A DNA stretch of 64,000 nt from an uncultured Acidobacteriota bacterium. Lineage in GTDB: Bacteria; Acidobacteriota; Thermoanaerobaculia; Multivoradales; UBA5704. Numbering within the stretch: the stretch's first letter is position 1; every line of letters begins with the position of its first letter. Below are positions 46,761 through 55,184 of this stretch, one piece after another. Under the pieces are notes generated by a model. That model saw only the letters and a program-made list of their open reading frames with translations. It did no database searches and was not told the origin of the DNA. Where the stretch lies: positions 5,152,001 through 5,216,000 of the forward strand of contig OY969474.1 in NCBI GenBank assembly GCA_963700145.1, written 5' to 3'. The position numbers and the translations under genes are program-made.

Positions 46761-47537
46761 TCAACTCGCCGCGGGCGCCTCGGCCGGCCCCTCGCCGGTG
46801 TTGCCGACGTCCCGCTCGAAGTCGTGGACCCAGACGTCGCGCAGGTAGACGCGCTGCGCGGGGGTGAGGGAGGCGAGGACTTCGGGCGCCACCGGGAAGC
46901 GGTGGAACTGCATGCCGACGTGGTTGTAGGAGTAGAAGACCGCGACGCGCGGCCGTTCGGCGTTCTGCCAGGGGGGGCCGCCGTGGGCGGTGTTCTCCGA
47001 GAAGACGACGACCGATCCGGCGGGGCAGCGGGGGCGGCAGAGGAAGGGGGAGCGCCGCTCCGGCTCGAGGAGCTGGTGCGCGGCCGGGACCGGGTAGTTC
47101 GCCTTGTGGCTGCCGGGGAGGAAGCAGGTGCCGCCGTCGTCTTCTCCGACGTCGTTGAGCTCGAAGACGACGCGGGTGAGACCGGAGCGGATGCGGCCGC
47201 CGGTGAAGTGGTAGTGGAAGAAGGGGTCGGGGATCGGACCGCCGTGGTGCAGGTTCATCGGGTGCCGCTGCCCCTTCTCGCGCCAGAGGACGTAGGCGTG
47301 GTCGAGGCGCAGGTAGGGGCCGATGATCTCGCGCAGCAGGTCGACGACGACCGGGTGGTCGATCAGCGCCGCCAGCTCGCCGCCGGGCACGGTGCGCGCG
47401 TGCGGCGGCAGCCTCTCCGGGGCGTGGACCATGAGGTCGATCTGCGCCTTCAGCCGCTCGCACTGCGCCGCCGGCAGCAAGTTCTCGACGACGAGGAAGC
47501 CGTTGAGGTCGAAGAGGAACTTCTGCTCCTCGGTCAC
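46761..47537 (-). CDS. PhyH-family Fe(II)/2-oxoglutarate oxygenase with HxG metal site
   Basis: FDLNGFLVVENLL, LHHGG, GGTCFLPGSHK, AGSVVVFSENTAHGG...R. Confidence 0.85.
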   Translation of the reverse strand: MTEEQKFLFDLNGFLVVENLLPAAQCERLKAQIDLMVHAPERLPPHARTVPGGELAALIDHPVVVDLLREIIGPYLRLDHAYVLWREKGQRHPMNLHHGGPIPDPFFHYHFTGGRIRSGLTRVVFELNDVGEDDGGTCFLPGSHKANYPVPAAHQLLEPERRSPFLCRPRCPAGSVVVFSENTAHGGPPWQNAERPRVAVFYSYNHVGMQFHRFPVAPEVLASLTPAQRVYLRDVWVHDFERDVGNTGEGPAEAPAAS

Positions 47538-48568
47538 GATGGTCGCGCCTCCTTTCCCGCCGCGGCGCAGAGACGCGCGAGGTCCAAGCGGGTGAAAAGA
47601 TCGTCACCGCCGAGGTTGGCGGCGGCGAACCGCCGCAGCGCGCTCTCCTCGCCGGCGGGGTCCTTCTGGTGGAACGAGACGTAGGCGAGGGCGTTGAAGA
47701 AGCGGAGCAAGAGCGGCAGGGTCGCGATCCAGGCGGGCTCCAGCCGTTTCTCCGCCTGGTAGCCGGCGAGGAAGGGGACGAGAAAGCTCCGCGCCCCCTC
47801 CTCCGCCCCGTCCCCCGCCGCCAGGTGGAACAGCGTTACCCAGAGAGTGATCGCGAGGTCGTAGGCGTACCAGGCCCAGCCGCAGTTGTCGAAGTCGAGG
47901 ACGACGACCCGCCCGTCGCGCCAGAGGAGATTGGCGGCGGTGAGGTCGCCGTGGATCATGCCGTAGCTCCCGGCGTCGGCGGGGAGTTGCGCGATCTCCC
48001 GCCAGAGCGCGCGCAGGCGGTCGGCCACCCGGCGCTCGGCGGCGGGGAGGGCGTCGCGCGCACAGTCGCTCAACGCTTCGCCGTCGAGCACGTGGCGGCG
48101 GAAGCCGCTCGGCGAAGCGAAAGAGCGGGAGAGGGCGTGGATCCGTCCGGCGGTCCGCCCCCACTCCGCGAACAGCGCTTCCCCCCAGGCGCGGCCGGGC
48201 GCGCAGCCGACCCTGAGACCGTGTGCCTGGTGGAGCGCCACCGCGCAGCAGGGTCCCTCTTCGGGGTGCCCGACGCTCTCCACCCAGCGGCCGGCGAGGG
48301 ACGGGACCGGCGGCGGGACCGCGACGCCGCTGGCGTCGAGGAAGCGCACCCAGGCCAGCTCCTCCTCGATGTGCCGCCGGTCGCGGTGCGCCTGCCGGCT
48401 CAGCCGCAGGACCAGCGGGCAGCCGTCGCGGGTGAAGCGGTAGAGGCGGTGGTTGGTGGAGCCGCGCAGCGGCCGGATGCTTTCGCGATCGCCCCCCCAA
48501 CGCTCGACGATCTCGCGCAGGCCGTCCGGCGCGAGCGGCCGCGGGCGGTAGCCGTCGATCCCGCTCAA
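47534..48568 (-). CDS. APH / type II homoserine kinase-like phosphotransferase
   Basis: TTG 48568 overlaps the upstream stop; LVLRL, EELAWV, IHGDLTAANLL, LDFDNC. Confidence 0.85.
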   Translation of the reverse strand: MSGIDGYRPRPLAPDGLREIVERWGGDRESIRPLRGSTNHRLYRFTRDGCPLVLRLSRQAHRDRRHIEEELAWVRFLDASGVAVPPPVPSLAGRWVESVGHPEEGPCCAVALHQAHGLRVGCAPGRAWGEALFAEWGRTAGRIHALSRSFASPSGFRRHVLDGEALSDCARDALPAAERRVADRLRALWREIAQLPADAGSYGMIHGDLTAANLLWRDGRVVVLDFDNCGWAWYAYDLAITLWVTLFHLAAGDGAEEGARSFLVPFLAGYQAEKRLEPAWIATLPLLLRFFNALAYVSFHQKDPAGEESALRRFAAANLGGDDLFTRLDLARLCAAAGKEARPS

Positions 48569-49737
48569 CGCGCCGCCTCCTCGAGCCAGAGCTCTGCGTG
48601 CGCCGGCAGCCGCGCCCGCTCGAGCGCCTGCTCGACGAGCGCGGAGACCCGCTCGAGCGAGTACTCGCGGCGGACGCGGTGCCGCCCCCGCTCGCCCATC
48701 GCCCGCCGCTCCGGCTCCGCCGCCAGCCTCGCCAGCGACAGGCTCAGCCCGAGCGAGCCGTGCTCCGGCGGGTTGAGCAGCCCGCTCTCGCCGTGGTGGA
48801 CGATCTCGGCGAGGCCGCCGACGGCGTTGGCGACCACCGGCAGACCCAGGAGGTGGGCCTCCAGGGCGACCAGCCCGAACGGCTCGTAGCGCGAGGGCAC
48901 GACCACGAGATCGGCCGCCGCGAGGAGGCTCAGGAAGCGCGGTCGCGGCTGCCAGGGGAGGAAGGCGTAGCTGTCGGCCGGCAGGTCGCGGAGGAGGTAG
49001 GCGAAGCGGTCCTTGTTGGCGAGGACCAAGAGGAAGACGTCCTGCCGCTGCCGATGGAAGCGGACGAAGGCCCGGTAGGCTAGGTCGGCCCCCTTCGCGT
49101 AATCGGAGAAGCGCCCCGCCGCGGCGACGACGAGCGGCCGCCGCCCCTGCTCGCGCCGCGCCGGCGGGAGGAAGCCGTCGTCCGGCTCGACGGCGTCGAA
49201 CTCCTCGAGAGGCAGCCCGTTGGGGATCACGGCGACGCCGCCGGAGGCGAGGTCGTAGCCGAAGGCCAGCGCCTCCCGCACCTCCTGGGGCGAGAGGAAG
49301 ACGTTGAGCGCGGCGTGCGCCGCCGCCTCCATCTGCGCCGCCGCCTGCGCCCTCTGGCGCGCCCGTGGCCGCAGCTCGGCGCGGGCATAGGGGCCGAGCA
49401 GCGCCTGGAAGTGGTTGACCAGCGGCACCTCCGCCTCCCACGGGCGGAGGCAGGCGACGACCTCGCAGCCGAACGACAGTGCGCCCAGGTTGTAGACCAG
49501 GTCGTAGGCGCCGAGGTCGATGCGGTCCGCCAGGAAGCGCGTGAGCCGCTCGGGGTCGCCGCGCGTCGGCTCGTCGACCGGGAACGCCACCTCGCCGGGG
49601 ACGGAGTCGCCGTCGGCGCGCGCCACGACGTCGACGCGGTGGCGCCGGCGCAGCGCCTCGACCAGCGCCCGGCAGGCCACCTCCGAGCCGTTGTGCTCCG
49701 GCCAGCGCAGGAAGTCGGTGACGACGAGGAGGTTCAA
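48565..49737 (-). CDS. GT4 family glycosyltransferase
   Basis: TTG 49737 overlaps the upstream stop; VIPNG, GRF...KG, PSRYEPFGLVALEA, VGGLAEIV. Confidence 0.92.
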   Translation of the reverse strand: MNLLVVTDFLRWPEHNGSEVACRALVEALRRRHRVDVVARADGDSVPGEVAFPVDEPTRGDPERLTRFLADRIDLGAYDLVYNLGALSFGCEVVACLRPWEAEVPLVNHFQALLGPYARAELRPRARQRAQAAAQMEAAAHAALNVFLSPQEVREALAFGYDLASGGVAVIPNGLPLEEFDAVEPDDGFLPPARREQGRRPLVVAAAGRFSDYAKGADLAYRAFVRFHRQRQDVFLLVLANKDRFAYLLRDLPADSYAFLPWQPRPRFLSLLAAADLVVVPSRYEPFGLVALEAHLLGLPVVANAVGGLAEIVHHGESGLLNPPEHGSLGLSLSLARLAAEPERRAMGERGRHRVRREYSLERVSALVEQALERARLPAHAELWLEEAAR

Positions 49738-52652
49738 GGCGCCGCCGCCAGCCGCAGGGCGCCGGGCGCGAGCGGCCGCGCCTCCTCGGCAGGGGCGGCG
49801 AACAGCTCGGGGTGATGCTTCCACTTGCGGTAGAAGAGGTCGAAGTTGTCGGCGAAGCTGTGGTTGCGCTGGCGGTTGTGGTGGACCACCGCGACCTGCC
49901 CGGCATAGAGGCAGCGGAAGCCCCGCCGCCGCGCCTTCAGGCAGAAGTCCACGTCCTCCATCTGGCTGCCGACGTAGACCTCGTCGAAGCCGCCGACCGC
50001 GCGCACGACGTGGCGGCGCACCAGCAGCAGCGTCGAGGGGAGCCACGGCACCTCGGCGAGGTAGTCGTACTGCCCCTGGTCGGGCGCGCCGAGCCCGCGC
50101 GGCGCCGGCCGCCAGCGGCGGTTGAAGTAGGGGTCGGCGCAGAAGATCGTCCCCTGGCCGTTGAGGATCTTCGGGGCGACCAGGTCGGCCTCCCGCTCGT
50201 GGAGGGCGGCGAGGAGGAGGTCGAACGTGTCGGGCGCCACGACCTCGACGTCGTCGTCGAGGTAGCAAACGTAGGGGCGGGCGCCGCGCGCCGAGCCCTC
50301 GTTCCGATTGGCGGCGCTGCTCTGCTGCCGCTCGATCACGTGCACGGCGTCGTCGGCGACGCCGCAGCGGGCGAGCGAGCGGAGGCAGCGCTCGAGCTGG
50401 CCGCGGGAGTGTCCCGGCCGCTGGCGGAAGAGCTGCAGCATCAGGTGCGGGCGGTCGTCCGGCGGCAGCGGCGGCAGTTGCAGGAGCAGGAGGTCGTGGT
50501 AGTTCCGGCGGTCGGGGCGGAAGGCGAGCTCGAGCCGCAGCTCGGCGGCGGCGGGGGCGGCGCCGCACACCGCCAGCGGGATCGAGAGGTCACGGAAGTA
50601 GAGCGACTCGCCGCGCAGCGCGTACACTCCGGCGGCGACCGGCTCGCCGGTCGAGCGGGAAACGACGCGAGCCTCCAGCGCACCGTGGAGCGACCCCTCG
50701 GAGGAGGCGACGACGACGATCCGGCTCAGCCGCCCGCAGCCGGGCGGGAGCGGCAGCGCGCAGCGGTTGCGGCCGTCGAGCTTCACCAGCACCGGCTCGA
50801 AGGCCGAGGGAGGGCGGCTGTAGGGGTAGGGGAGCTCGGCCTCGTCCTGCTCGTAGAAGGGGATCACGAAGTCGATCTCCTCCTGCCGGCCGCGCGGCTG
50901 CGGCAGCCGCCGGTAGCGGAAGGGCTGGACCTCGTTGCTCCGCGCGAGCGGCAGGCCGGCGCGCGCGATCGTCTTGTCGGCGAGCCGGCGCCACATCTCG
51001 AGCGCCCCCTCCGGCTTGAGCCAGAGGCTGGCCCGTCGGCCGTGCAGCCGGTAGTGATAGAGCACCTCGTCGAGCAGCTCGATCGAGGCCACCTCCTCGA
51101 CCTTGGTGAAGATGTCGCAGTCCTCGCCCGCGAACTTGAAGTCCGCGAACCCCTCCCACCCCGCCGTCCGCGCGTAGGCCGCGCGGCGGATCAGGTAGGG
51201 CTGGCAGTGGTTGTAGAGGTCGGTGACCATCCCGTCCTGGTAGTGGCGCGGCTCGAAGGGGAACCAGGGGTCCATCTCGACCGGCGCGCCGCTCTCGTCG
51301 ATGAACTCGCGGCGCGCGCGCACGATCCCGCACCACGGCCGGCTGCGCGCGCCGGCGAGGAACCGCTCGACGGCCTCGGCGGCAAGCACGTCGTCGTCGT
51401 CGAGGGGGAGGATGAACTCCCCGCCGGCGCGCTCGCTGAGCAGCCGGCGGGCGCGCGCGATCCCGCGGTTGGGCTCGAAGTGGACCGCGATCCGCGGGTG
51501 GTCCAGGGCCGCGAGCCGCTCGAGGATGCGGCGCGAGAGGTCGTCGCCGCCGTCCCAGAGCAGCGACAGCCGCCAGTCGGTCGAGGTCTGGTGGAGCGCC
51601 GACTCGACGCAAGGGATGAGGAAGCTCCCCTTGAAGACCGGCGTCTCGACCGAGACGGCGCCGGGCTCGACCGTGCCGATCTCTTCCATCCGCGCCCGCC
51701 AGGCGAGGAGCCGCTCGGCGAACGCCTCGATCTCCGCCTCCTGCTCCGCCGGCGGCAGGAGCGAGAGGTCGAGGTGCCGGAGGTCCGCGACGCGGAAGGG
51801 CGGCAGCGGCCCCTGCGCGTTCAGCCCGACGCGGTACAGCTCGTCGACCGCGGCGCCGGTGCGCCGGGGCCAGAAGAAGCGGCCGCGGAGCTGGCAGCTC
51901 CGGCAGACTTCGAGGGCGCCGGCGCGGCGAGCGTGCTGCCCCTTGCGCAGCAGGATCCGCTCCGGCGTGTCGGCGAAGAGGTTGCCGAGGTCGATTCCCT
52001 CGGCGCCGCCGTCGCGCGGGCAGAAGCGGACCGCGCCTGCGGCGTCGAGCGTCACGGTGTTGCCATAGATCTGGCAGCCGGTGGGGAGCGCCGCCAGCTC
52101 GGGCGGGAGGTCGGCCGCCCCCGGCGCGGCGGGCTCGGGGAGCGTGAAGAGGGGGGAGTCGACCAGCTCCGCGGGGATGCCGTAGTCGAGGAACGAGCGC
52201 ACCCTCCGGAAGCAGGCGCCGTCAGGCTCGGCAGGCTGCCAGAAGCCGAAGCGCAGGGCGGAGGAAGGGGTGGCGAGGAGGTGCTCGGCGAGCGCCTGCA
52301 GGGCCCGCTCGGTGCGCTCGTGGCCGCCGGGAGCGGCCTGCACCAGGAGCCGTCTCGGCCCATCGTCTTCGAGCCGGGCGAGGAGCTCGCGGGTCACCTG
52401 CTCGGGCGCGAGGAGGAGATAGACCGCGCTCGGCACCGCGGCGCGCGCGGCGAGGAAGGCGAGACAGCGGTCCCCTTCGCCGCGCTCGGTGGGGAGGAAG
52501 GCGTAGAGATCGACTCCTTCCTCCTCCTGGTCAGCCGCGACCAGCCAGGCGAGCAGCGCCGCGAGGCGCGCCCGCCCTTCGGCGGCGTAGAGGCTGCGCT
52601 CGTCCGCCGCGTCGTCCGCGGCCCCCCGCCGCGGCAGCAGGATCAGGTCCAT
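49734..52652 (-). CDS. Multidomain protein: degenerate radical-SAM/SPASM region plus two GT2 domains
   Basis: SPASM-like CQIYGNTVTLDAAGAVRFCP...CRSC with no CxxxCxxC; first GT2 LPLDDDD...GEDCD; second GT2 YLDDDVE...GGFDE...MEDVD. Confidence 0.8.
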   Translation of the reverse strand: MDLILLPRRGAADDAADERSLYAAEGRARLAALLAWLVAADQEEEGVDLYAFLPTERGEGDRCLAFLAARAAVPSAVYLLLAPEQVTRELLARLEDDGPRRLLVQAAPGGHERTERALQALAEHLLATPSSALRFGFWQPAEPDGACFRRVRSFLDYGIPAELVDSPLFTLPEPAAPGAADLPPELAALPTGCQIYGNTVTLDAAGAVRFCPRDGGAEGIDLGNLFADTPERILLRKGQHARRAGALEVCRSCQLRGRFFWPRRTGAAVDELYRVGLNAQGPLPPFRVADLRHLDLSLLPPAEQEAEIEAFAERLLAWRARMEEIGTVEPGAVSVETPVFKGSFLIPCVESALHQTSTDWRLSLLWDGGDDLSRRILERLAALDHPRIAVHFEPNRGIARARRLLSERAGGEFILPLDDDDVLAAEAVERFLAGARSRPWCGIVRARREFIDESGAPVEMDPWFPFEPRHYQDGMVTDLYNHCQPYLIRRAAYARTAGWEGFADFKFAGEDCDIFTKVEEVASIELLDEVLYHYRLHGRRASLWLKPEGALEMWRRLADKTIARAGLPLARSNEVQPFRYRRLPQPRGRQEEIDFVIPFYEQDEAELPYPYSRPPSAFEPVLVKLDGRNRCALPLPPGCGRLSRIVVVASSEGSLHGALEARVVSRSTGEPVAAGVYALRGESLYFRDLSIPLAVCGAAPAAAELRLELAFRPDRRNYHDLLLLQLPPLPPDDRPHLMLQLFRQRPGHSRGQLERCLRSLARCGVADDAVHVIERQQSSAANRNEGSARGARPYVCYLDDDVEVVAPDTFDLLLAALHEREADLVAPKILNGQGTIFCADPYFNRRWRPAPRGLGAPDQGQYDYLAEVPWLPSTLLLVRRHVVRAVGGFDEVYVGSQMEDVDFCLKARRRGFRCLYAGQVAVVHHNRQRNHSFADNFDLFYRKWKHHPELFAAPAEEARPLAPGALRLAAAP

Positions 52653-52662
52653 GGCGATCGCC

Positions 52663-53676
52663 TCACGCCGGCAGCCCCAGCTCGGCGAGGCTCCAGAACG
52701 GCTCGACGGCGGCCGGCGGCGGGGCCGCCTCTCCGCCGTAGAGCCGCGCGTCGCGCCGCGCCAGTCGCTCGAGCCGGCGGCGGTCGGCGGCGGCGAAGAG
52801 CGAGCGGTGGACGTCGAGCAGCAGGAGCTTCTCCCCGAGCACGCCGGAGACGTCCTCGGTCCAGACCTCCAGCTCCGCGTACGCGCGCTCGAAGCGGGAG
52901 AGGAAGTCGTCGGCGTGCAGGTAGGCGGCGGCGAAGGGGAAGTCCTCGTAGAAGTGGAAGCGGGTCGCGGGGAACCAGCCCTGCTTGAAGAAATCGAGCG
53001 CGATCTCGAAGAGCATCTTGTGGTCGGAGTGCTCGCCCATGCCGGCGGGGGCGAACAGGTCGGCGGGCGGCGCCGCGGCGAGCAGCCGGTAGAGGCTCTG
53101 CGTCAGGGCGCTGCGCAGCCGCTCCTCCGCCCGTTCCAGCCGATCCTCGGGGACGAGGCCGAGGCGGATCTCGTCGGCCGGGAAGTCGAGGCACGCCACC
53201 TCGCAGCCGGCGATGCGCGCGCAGAGCGCCGCCTCGTCGCGGCGGATCGCCGAGACGGCGTGGACGGTGTCGAAGGCCTCCGGCAGCAGCGTCGTCGCGA
53301 CCTGCGAGAAGCAGCTCACCACGGCGCAGCGCCGCCGGCCGCGCCGGTTGAGCAGGTACCCCCCCATCGACAGGAACCCGACGTGCGGGTGGGGCGACAG
53401 CACGACGACCCGTTCGCCGGCCGCCGCGGCCGCGGCGCACGCCGGCAGCGGCCGGTCCAGCCAGACGACGTACTCCAGCGCCGCCGCCGGCAGCTCCCGG
53501 CCGGGGAAGCGCTCCCGCAGGTCGCGGTAGGCCGTCCGGCCGTCGCAGGCCCGACAGAGCGGGGCGGCGTCGGCGGGGACCTCCGGCCAGGGACCGGCGC
53601 CCAGCCAGGCGCCGTCGGCGGCGAAGCCGGCGTGCGGCAGCAGGCGCGGGTAGGCGTCGGGGTGGAGCGCCTGCAC
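52663..53676 (-). CDS. PIG-L/LmbE-family deacetylase with a small N-terminal PqqD/RRE-like region
   Basis: GTG overlaps the upstream stop (TAGTG); VVLSPHPHV, RRDE, HSDH, FYEDFPF; N-terminal PLCRACDGRTAYRDL. Confidence 0.75.
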   Translation of the reverse strand: MQALHPDAYPRLLPHAGFAADGAWLGAGPWPEVPADAAPLCRACDGRTAYRDLRERFPGRELPAAALEYVVWLDRPLPACAAAAAAGERVVVLSPHPHVGFLSMGGYLLNRRGRRRCAVVSCFSQVATTLLPEAFDTVHAVSAIRRDEAALCARIAGCEVACLDFPADEIRLGLVPEDRLERAEERLRSALTQSLYRLLAAAPPADLFAPAGMGEHSDHKMLFEIALDFFKQGWFPATRFHFYEDFPFAAAYLHADDFLSRFERAYAELEVWTEDVSGVLGEKLLLLDVHRSLFAAADRRRLERLARRDARLYGGEAAPPPAAVEPFWSLAELGLPA

Positions 53677-55184
53677 TAGACGCTCTCGAGCAGGTGGGAG
53701 AGGTCGTGGAGGTAGACCCGGGGGTCGCGCAAGAGCGGGTCGCGCAGCAGCTCGCGCAGCTCGCCGTGCTCGGGGTGGTCCGGGGCCTGCACCGCCCGGC
53801 GAGCGTGGTCCGCGGCGGAGTAGGTCCCCCAGTTGACGAGCTGCTTGAAGCAGACGACGTCGCAGCCCAGCTTCCGCCCCAGCTCGGCGAAGGCCCGCAT
53901 CTCGCGGAAGTTGTTGGCCTGGACGACGAAGTGCAGCTCGAAGCGCGCCAGCTCGCCGGCGGCGCGCAGACCGCCGAGGAAGCGGAGGTTCGCCAGGAGC
54001 TGCGCGAAGTCGCCGCCGCGGTTGGCGGCATAGGTCGCCGGCGTCGCGGCGTCGACCGAGACGTCGACGCTGTCGACCGCGTCGTGGCAGATCGAGCGCC
54101 AGGTCTCCTCGTTCAGCAGCAGGCCGTTGGTCGAGAGGGTGATGCGCAGCCCGGGGATCGCCGCCGGGTCGAAAGTGCGCAGGAACGAGAGGTAGAGGCG
54201 GCTGCCGAAGGGATCGCCGCTGCCGGTGATGATCAGCCGCTCGGCGTCGCGCAGGTGGCGGCCGAGGACCCGCTCGTGGATGACGCTCGCCCGCTGCCGC
54301 GCCTTCCCCCGGAGCACGATGAAGTCGCCGCGGCAGGAGGGGCAGGCGAGGTTGCAGGAGCGGTCGTAGGAGAGGTTCATGATGCGCGGCCCGTGGTCGA
54401 GGCGGGTGATCCGCTCGGCGATGATCCGCCGGTGCTCGGGATGGGTGACCTCCTCGACGCGCGGCAGGGCGCGCTGCTGCAGCAGCCCGCACGTCGACTC
54501 GCAGCAGTAGGCGAAGGTGCCGTCGAGGATCGACTCGCGGACGGCGACCGCAGCGGGCGAGTTCCAGGCGCTCATCAGGTCCTGCCCGTCGAGCCGGCCG
54601 ACGCTCGTCGGCAGGAGCTGCGGGCAGCAGAGGTAGAGCTGGCCGAGGGGGTCGATCTGGGCGTACTGGAACGGCTGCGCGCAGAAGAGGCCGGCGAACT
54701 TGGCGCCGTGCTCCTCGGCCGCCGGCAGCCCGCTCACGGCCACCGCCTCGACCGGCGGCGGCAGCCCCGCCAGCAGCTCCTTGAGCCGGGCGCCGAGCGG
54801 GTCGCTCGCCGTCTCCACCTGGAGCAGGCTGTCGAGCCCGAGGCCGGCGAGGGCGCCCCGCTGCGCCGCGTCGAGGCCGGCGGCCAGCCGCTCGCCGGCC
54901 CGCGCCGCGATCCGCCCCCCCTCCTCGAGATAGCTCGCGCCCGCCCCCGCCGCGCGCTCGCCGCCCAAGTAGGCGAGGAAGGCCCCCTCCAGCGCCGCCG
55001 CCTCCAGCTCCGGCGCGTCGTTCCACCGCCGCGCGAGGAAGGCGAGCGGCGAGGACTTGCCGTCGGCGGTGCCCCGCCCGCAGACCGCGGCGAACGCTTC
55101 CTTGGCGGCGGTCAGCAGGGCCTCGGACTGGAGCGCCTGCTCAGGGTCGAGGCGCAGCGACGAGCGGAAGGTCGTCCATTCCAT
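53676..55184 (-). CDS. Radical SAM protein with N-terminal SPASM/twitch-like domain
   Basis: CAQPF...IDPLGQLYLCC...WNS precedes CNLACPSC, GSGDPF, STNG, VSVDA. Confidence 0.9.
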   Translation of the reverse strand: MEWTTFRSSLRLDPEQALQSEALLTAAKEAFAAVCGRGTADGKSSPLAFLARRWNDAPELEAAALEGAFLAYLGGERAAGAGASYLEEGGRIAARAGERLAAGLDAAQRGALAGLGLDSLLQVETASDPLGARLKELLAGLPPPVEAVAVSGLPAAEEHGAKFAGLFCAQPFQYAQIDPLGQLYLCCPQLLPTSVGRLDGQDLMSAWNSPAAVAVRESILDGTFAYCCESTCGLLQQRALPRVEEVTHPEHRRIIAERITRLDHGPRIMNLSYDRSCNLACPSCRGDFIVLRGKARQRASVIHERVLGRHLRDAERLIITGSGDPFGSRLYLSFLRTFDPAAIPGLRITLSTNGLLLNEETWRSICHDAVDSVDVSVDAATPATYAANRGGDFAQLLANLRFLGGLRAAGELARFELHFVVQANNFREMRAFAELGRKLGCDVVCFKQLVNWGTYSAADHARRAVQAPDHPEHGELRELLRDPLLRDPRVYLHDLSHLLESV

